DNA of 64,000 nt. Source: the human T2T-CHM13v2.0 reference genome, Homo sapiens. The notes below the pieces were generated by a model. It saw only the letters and a list, made by a program, of their open reading frames with translations, made no database searches and had not been told where the DNA came from. A program made the translations under genes and the position numbers. Below, one piece after another: positions 56,181 to 64,000 of this stretch (within the stretch, counting starts at the first letter, position 1; the number at the start of each line of letters is the position of its first letter). The stretch lies in NCBI RefSeq assembly GCF_009914755.1, contig NC_060929.1; one strand, given 5' to 3'.

Positions 56181-59100
56181 TACATTACAAGGATCTCACT
56201 TCAGGCTAAGAAACTGAGGCTTTTGTTGTCAGTTCTGAATTCTGCATTGTAGTTCCAACATGAAAAGTTTAGATTCTTTATTCTTTTTGGTTTTCTTTAC
56301 TGGAAAATATTACTTGATGTTATCTGTTATTTGTTACATTATTTAAGTAAGCACATGGAAACAACTCTATGATTAAAATCACTCTGATAATCCTTTACTT
56401 TTCTCCCAAGAAAGATTTCTTCTTTCACAGCTCATTGGCCTGTTTTTTACTGTAAAAATCAAGTACTTCATGGAAAACTAATTTTTTTTAGAAAGGTGAT
56501 TTGTTACTATAGTGGAAAAATGCTATTTCCAGAAGCAGTAATTTAACTGAGTTTTAGACTACTAGAGCTCCAAAGAGCTAATACAATAATAGATACAGCT
56601 ACTACTATCAACTGGATGATGCTGAAAAGGAAAATAAAATTTTGGTAAATCATAAGAAAGATTAAACAGTTATAGAAAGAGAGCAATGGGATATTTCCCC
56701 CCTAAAAACAATGAGAAGGAATCCTCAGAGAATAGAAGGAATCCTCACTGTCTGTCTCGGGAGGGAAATCACCCCCTTGTCATTATGGAGCCTGAGGAAA
56801 GGACGCCTGTTTCTGAACATACGTATAAATCATGAATATGCAACTCGCCCTCAGAAGGGTGAAATGTTAATCCTTAGCAGGATTTTAAGTCAGAATATAA
56901 ATCAGTTCAGCAGTTATTTTCATAAGAAAATATTTTAACAGGTTTAGAAGTCATGGAAAATACCAGGACACAGGACACTGGACATTTGAAGAGAGAGAGT
57001 AGCAGCACTTGCAGGGGCATGACAAAGACTGTGGGAAGGGGCCTGACTCTTTAGTCTTTCTGAAAACAGTCCAGGGACACTCTTGCTCAATTCCTTATCT
57101 AACAAAGACAGGCTTAATATCCTGTAAACAAGCTATGAGATAAAAAATATATAACCTTTTATATTACTTGTGTTCCTGATACAGCCAGTGTGGTCAGATG
57201 AGAGGCTTTGCTTCACTGATTAAGAGCGCTGAACTAATAAGGCCACTCAAAGTTATTTGTTCATGGTGAGCTTTGCCTCCTAGATGAATAGCACCTGCCT
57301 ATGCAAAATTGTGCAGTAGACAAAGTGAAAAGTTTTGGGTTTTTTTACTCTCTTTTGCCTCCTTCCCCTGTGCCCAGACTTTTTCCACACTTCCCCCTTC
57401 CTTAGTCCTACTTCTGGCATAGTCTGACTCATGCCTGGATTCCCAAAATGTCACACCTGTACTCCTCTTGGGTCTGCTCCTGGCTGGGTCCCAATGATCC
57501 TAGGACCCTGTTTTCTGTTAGATGAGAGTTTCTGATGACCCATAATTTCCCAACCTATACTGGGATTTTAATGGATGTAATGGAGCGTTCCTCCAGATTT
57601 AATAGTGGTGGTGGGGTGGGGGGGCGGAGAGGGGGGCATGCTCCTTGGCAAAATGTTTATGAAATCTTGCACACTATTCCTATCACAATGCTCATTTTAT
57701 ATTAAAAGCTTGGAGAAATCTTTCAGAAATAAACTTTTGTAACGAATTCAGTATGGAACACATTATTATAATAGAATGCAAACTAGGGTGTACATTTTTA
57801 TCATTTCCAGATAATATATTTATTTAAGAATGAATATAAAAATGCCTTGACCTTGTGTAATGACCCCAATTAAAGAAATTTCAGGTGCTTCAGTGGGTAT
57901 TGGCTGGTGGTATATGGCACAGGGATTTTTTGATGTGATTCAAATTATTTACAGCTCTGTTAAGCTAAACCATAGTTTTGGGATAATTTAAATACTTCTC
58001 ATCCGTTTGGACAAAACTGAGGAGAAATTTGAGTGAAGCTTAAGGCTCTTGTTTCAGCATTTCCATGTCGCCAGCTATTCTTTTGAGAAGTAAAATATAA
58101 TCCTTTTCCCATTTGTGCACTAATATTAGGAGACTCAACATTTAAATAATGGATTTGACCTGGGAATCCTTAGGATTGAATTCTTCCTTCTGTTATAGGC
58201 ACCCCGGGTCAGAAGCAGAGATCTCTGATCATGTGATTAGATAGCTAAATTGAGGTCCCTTCTTATTCAATCCTCTGCTAATGAAAACATTTCTGCTTAC
58301 CTGGGAATTGAGATATTTAGAAAATTAAAAAGTTCTTATATTAAGATGCCTCTGGAAAGCCTCAAAATGAGGTCACAGGCCTAGAAGAAATATATACTGC
58401 TTTAGAAATTTAGGCTGTCAAATGGAATCTGGAGAAAAATGCTATCAGTTTAATTTCCTCTCTCCCTTTCTTCCCTCTTTGTGACTGGAACATCTCTCTC
58501 TCTTTCTCATAATCTATTTGGATGCCAGCTTTCTTCCCCTGTGTCCCCCATTAATATAGACATTTATGAGTTATTTGGCTTAATAACTTTTTAAATCAAA
58601 CCTTATCTTTGATTGTGGCCATTATGTTGCTTATCTTTCATGGAGAATGTCTTCCTGGTTTCAACTGTTTGATCTAGGAAATAATTGAAAAGGGTATGAC
58701 TGGAAGCCTCTCCCTACATGTACTTTTTCTCTTTCCTTACTTTGGTTATATGTGATGACAAACAAGAATTTTTTACTAAGCCATACTATAAATCAAGCAG
58801 ACTGATGTCTGAAATACAGAATTTGGTGAGTTCCACAGAAATCATTTGGATGGTTTTATCAAGCATACTTTTTCAACCAGACACTATGAGATTCTATTGC
58901 TGACCATGGTAAATCCTAGAACAGAAGCCTCTTTCTAAAATCCCAACCTTCTTAAGCATGCTACGTAATTGTGCCTTTTAAAATTTCTTACTAATGAAGA
59001 CATGCCATTGATAATTTCTTATTAAATTTATAAAATGTTTTATTTATATAATTTATATCTCTCTCAGAATCAATGTAATGATGGTTTCTTAGAATAAGTG

Positions 59101-60414
59101 CCATGCTCAGTATGGTCTAACATTTCTAATATGTCAGGTCATTATAGTGCTTTCTGTAATCAAATTATTTTAATTGACAGACTAAGTCTTCTTGTCTGAA
59201 CACCAGTTAATTATAATTCCTGTCATTTTCCTCAAAAGATGGAACTCTTGGCCTATCCATGGCAACTTTCATAGTTGGAACTAGTTTTGCTGATGATGTT
59301 GACTTCTACTCTTTCCTCTAACCCCTTCGCTGGGTTTGACCAAGGATGATGCCAGCAAAGGGCCAGGAAAGTAAAGTGCACAAAAGCATCCAACATTAAA
59401 ATCCAAAGAAATATACAAAATCTTCAGGAAGAAAAGCTGTATCGTCTCCCAGACTGGGAGTTTTCCCCACGCCACATGGTCGTTAGTAAGATAGGTTGAG
59501 GATTTATGATTATGCTTGTTTATTTATATTGACTATGATTATGTCATGGGGAAAGTCTGTAGAGCTGTACTACCTCAACAAGTGCATGACATCATAGGCT
59601 GAGTAAAATCACCTTGATTTGTAACTCAGGGCCACCCTGGGGTTCCATCCTTCGTGGGCAAACTTGTCTCAAACTTTTTTCTTTCCGCAGTTTTTCTCAA
59701 GGTAGATCTAGGCAATGTGTTATCATGTCCCTATTTACTGTTTAGTTCTTTTTTAGCATTTTTTCTTATTATAATATGAATAGAATTAGGTAGATGCCAT
59801 TCATCTAACTGGTAGATGCTCCCCAAACTGGGTCAACTGGGAGCACCAGTCATGGAGTATAATCTCAGTAGACCATTCTATTTAGTCGAACTTCAGATCT
59901 GTTCATCCCACTATAGTGGATGAAAGAATATAAACTGTCTTCTATTTTTTCCTTTTCTTGCCTCTGTTTCCCAAATTATCCCATGAACTTATCATCTTTT
60001 GCATTCTGGTTTTTACTACTAAAGCCTAACACTTTTCACTTCCTCAGTTGGATGGATTTTCCTACTAATGTGTAACTTAAGATGCTACTCAAAAAAAAAA
60101 CAGTAACTATCAAACACTTTTCAATTTTTGATCTAAAGAATTCTAGTATTATAAGATATTAACATATACTACTAAAGAGTTTTATGAGATTAAACATGTT
60201 AGAAAAATAATACATATCACTCTTTTTTGGAAATTTACCATATAAAATATTAAACAGTCCAGGAAATCTTAAAGAGACCTGCTTAATTTTTTCCAGTCTA
60301 ACATTTATGAAACATTTGAGCACATATTTTTTCACTCTACCTCCTATTAACACTATGTGCAACAGCATTGTGTGAAATAATTGTAAGGAAATGATTTTTA
60401 TATTTATAGTAGGG

Positions 60415-61110
60415 GTAGTTTTGAAGTCATACAGACAGCTTTGCCACCTACTTGCTGTGCTATTTGATATGCTTAATACTTCTGTGCCTCAGTGTTCTCT
60501 CATGTAAAATGGAGATTACCTATTCTACTGACTTCATGGGGTTAACATAAGGACTGTATTAGTTAGGGTTCTTCAGAGAAATAGAACCAATAAAATGCAC
60601 ACATACATTTATTATAAGGAATTGGTTCACATATTTATGAAGGCTGAGAAGTTCTGAGATCTGCAATTGGCTTTGGTAAGCTGGAGACCCTGGAGAGAAA
60701 ATGTACAGTCCCTTTCTTTCTGAATCCGTATCTAATCAGGAAAGCCAATGGTATAAAGTTCCCCAAAAGGCTCAAGACTCAAGAAGAACCAATGTTTCAT
60801 TTCAAGTCTGAAGGCCAGGTAGTTCTGATGTCCCTGTTCAAGAGGAGTTCCCTCTCAGTCTTTTTGATTGATTCAGTCTTCAAGTGATTGGATGAGGCTC
60901 ACCCACATGGGAGCGGGCCTCAAATGTGAATCTCATCTAGAAGTACCCTCACAGAAACACTCAGTATCAGGTTTGGCCAAATGTCCAGATAACTGGGGGT
61001 CCAGTCAAATTGACACATAAAATTAACCATCACAAGAACCTAATGAGAAAATGTGAATAAAATTATTTGTACAATTCCTGAAACAGAGTCAATAATAGGT
61101 AATGTTGGAT
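60415..61110 (+). mobile_element. MIR split by MLT2 insertion
   Basis: 'ctgtgcctcagtgttctctcatgtaaaatggagat' before 60555; resumes 'taatgagaaaatgtgaataaa' after 61039. Confidence 0.7.
60555..61034 (-). mobile_element. MLT2-family solo LTR, full length
   Basis: 'tgtattagttagggttcttcagagaaatagaacc' ... 'tgacacataaaattaaccatcaca'; TSD aggac/agaac. Confidence 0.92.
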
Positions 61111-61199
61111 ATTATTATCATGATCATGATCATCACCATCACCACAATTGTCATTGTCATTGGTATCTTAAAAGCTTAGTATGTTCCTATTCTCAGAAT

Positions 61200-61510
61200 C
61201 TTTTCTACTTCAAAGAAGAAACCCTTGACTAATAACAGAAGGAAACTAGCAGATAAATATTCTCTTTTGTCCTTTGACTGGAAAGTTCTAAAGCTTATTT
61301 TACATAGGTCCTCAAGGGGTCTCCAGTGAGATAGAATCCCCATTAATGACAGCAGTGACTAAACTGCTAAGCCACCTTTGGGTTGACTTTCCTTCTTTCC
61401 CAAATTCCTAGTCCCAACTTCTATTCCTTGGGATCATTTCCCAAAATAAACTCTTTGCTTGCAAGCTCTAGTCTTAAGCTCTGCTTCCTTTTGGAACCCA
61501 AGCTAAGACA
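61200..61510 (+). mobile_element. LTR16-family ERVL LTR 3' part
   Basis: 'ttccttgggatcatttcccaaaataaact...gctctgcttccttttggaacccaagctaagaca'. Confidence 0.75.
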
Positions 61511-63234
61511 CATAGCCAAAAGTCAGGAGAAGAATTAATACTCATTTTTACCCTAATTATAGTCACTGCAATGATGGTGTAGAAAAGTTTATGATATAAC
61601 ATGCGAAATGATTTCAGAGTACAAGAAAATAGTTTTTCAAGTAGCATTCAGCCTAAGAGTTATGCTTTCATAACAGGAGCCATGGCAGTCTCTCAAAATC
61701 CTCTAAGAGCTTAGAAAATATTTTGTGGAAGTGAAACACAGGCTATTTACAAGCAGTTACAACAGACCTATTTGTAAAAGTGGGCATGAATTGCACTTAC
61801 AGGTTTTGTATTAACCTGTATTTTCTCAAATTGATAAAAGCTCTGTCTTTGAAGTCTGAACTTTGAATAATGTGAGCAGAGGCTGCAGATTTTTACAGTG
61901 TGTGTATTAGTCCTGGTCTAAGGCACAGACCAATCTAGAATGGACTGATGTGGAATTGTATGAGGACAGCATCTGAATACAGAAGACAATTGTGTATTGC
62001 ATACAATTTGAATGATGACAGAAAAAGAAGCCTCAGCCGCTTTACTTTTTTAAGGCTGCCAAAGATGTAGACTTTTGCCAATGTCCTTGTGAGATATTGT
62101 GGCAACAGAAGACATCAGACTCACCAACTGTGTATATTTTTTGCTATAGACACATTTAATTTTGAATGTCATTGTTTAATAAAACATGCATAATTCATCC
62201 CAAAGTATTGTTTTATTTCTTCTCAGATGCCTCTTATTTTCCAAAGCTGCAAGTTAAACCTTCCATATTTTTTTAGGGTTATAGAATTGAATCAATGGGC
62301 CTCAAGTGAAAGGAAGATCATGAAGGCTGTGCCTAGAAAAGGTGAGTGTTCCGTTCTGTATCATGCCTGAACATGGTTTGTTTCTGTTAGGGTGTGCCAC
62401 AGAGTACGTAGCAGTGAATGAGAAAGAGCACCACACACAACCATTCTATACCAGTTTTTGTGCTTTTCTGGAGAACAAGTAAATGTAGCACAATTCTTTC
62501 CTTAGGAGGCAAATTGTCTGTTGCACAGTTAAAAAGTAGCTGATCTGGGAAAGTTGAATTGAGAGCAGTGGAACAAAAATAGAGTTTCTTTTTGAAGTGG
62601 CTGTAAGCTATAATTTTTCACTTTGGATGCAGGTTTCTGAGACTGCTTAACTGGTGTCTGAGAGGAATATGTAAGAATAAAGTGGAATAGTGAGGTAATG
62701 AAGAGTAGGCAAATATATTTTTTCAAGAAGTGAAGACTTTAAAGTATGAAAAGATACTTTTAAAGAAAAAGTGAAATTAGAGAAAAATTGAAATTTCATT
62801 TAGTGACAACAATACTGACATTTTTCTTACTAATCTTCAACTACTGCCTCCTCCTCCTTTTTTAGTTCACAATCTCCCTTTTCATTGCAAAATTCCTTTC
62901 TTTGAAAACTCTAAGGCCAGGACTGAATTCGGCTGTCTTGAATTACATGACTAAACTCTCAGCTACTGTCTGCTACGGTATTACATACAAGAGTGTTCTC
63001 TTGTTTACAGGATGGGATCTACCATATGAATTCTTAAAACAATTTTCTTTTCAAAATCCTTTGTGATTGATTATTTGATTGCTCAAATAATACATATCAA
63101 TGTCAAAAATATAGATAAGGAAAATGATCCATGATTTACCATCCAGTGGTAACCCATTTAATGATTTCATTATTTATCTCTCCAGGCTGGAGGGTGGCAT
63201 ATGGGGTGAGAAGCAAAGGGTGGTTCACAGACTA

Positions 63235-63395
63235 TCATCTGCCTCCAAGTTACTACGGGTAATTTTTCAAAATGCACCTTCTTGGTTTCCTCTCAAATCC
63301 TGCAGAATCATAATTCCTGTAATATGAGTCTCAGGGATATGTGTTTTTAATAAGTATAGCAGGAATGATGTTCACTAAAGCTTGAGAATCACTGT
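63235..63395. mobile_element. MER5-family relic
   Basis: 'tgtgtttttaataag...gatgttcactaaagcttgagaatcactg'. Confidence 0.55.
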
Positions 63396-64000
63396 TGCAG
63401 ACTTTTCTTTGGTGGGGGGTAGGGGATATGAAAGAAACAAATCAATTTCAAACTGAAAATAACAGATTCTACACTGGATCTTAACTAAAAGGCTGAGGAG
63501 TGAAACAAATCAATTTTAAAAGAAAACTGATGTGGAACTCACTGTCTTGAGTTCTGGCCAGTTCTTTCTTGCAGTATTTTAGGGAACAAAGCACCATAGA
63601 CCACAGGAATATTAGATATACTGAGTCATGATCCTTTTTGGAAGGAACATTCTTTAAACTAGATCTGTGTTTGAAACGATGGAGAACTTCCACATGCCAA
63701 GTGCTTCTACTATCTGAAAGTGGGGAACACATTTCACCTAGCCTTCAGGGGTGAAATGACTCTTCCGAAGCACTCACCACTGGCCAGGGGCAGGGCCATT
63801 TCAGAACTGAGGTCTATGAGTGCCTGTTCCAGGCTCTCCCCTCTCCACCAGGCTGAGTGTCAGGCTCTTCCTGTATACGAACTTGTTTTACTGATAAGAG
63901 AAGTGGGCTACTGAACCTAAATGTCCAGGGGAAGAAAGAACAGAGTAATGTAGTATACCTTGTCAAAGGACAGAGTTCAATTATTCCCTCTTCTGTACAC

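Overview
Hominid (human-like) non-coding genomic DNA, intronic or intergenic. It is AT-rich and about half of it is recognisable interspersed repeat. I recognise no host protein-coding exon, RNA gene or CRISPR array; the listed ORFs are repeat-derived or chance ORFs, apart from disrupted L1 ORF1/ORF2 remnants. Contents: a 5'-intact L1PA7-like LINE-1 with an internal ORF2 deletion (49.8-54.8 kb), a full-length SVA (42.9-44.35 kb), eight Alus, three short L1PA 3' ends, an L1MB, many MaLR/ERV LTRs (several nested, with target-site duplications, TSDs), DNA transposon relics (MER6, MER20, MER5, MER45, Tigger4a) and L2/MIR fragments. The strongest observation is that the SVA's TSD lies about 0.6 kb beyond its own poly(A), indicating a 586-bp 3' transduction of unique DNA from another locus. 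The second is a pair of oppositely oriented L1PA3-like fragments 16.7 kb apart that share the same 5' breakpoint and both lack TSDs. I found no evidence for a new biological system beyond these retrotransposition-related structures. Subfamily names come from recalled consensus sequences and need RepeatMasker/Dfam confirmation.
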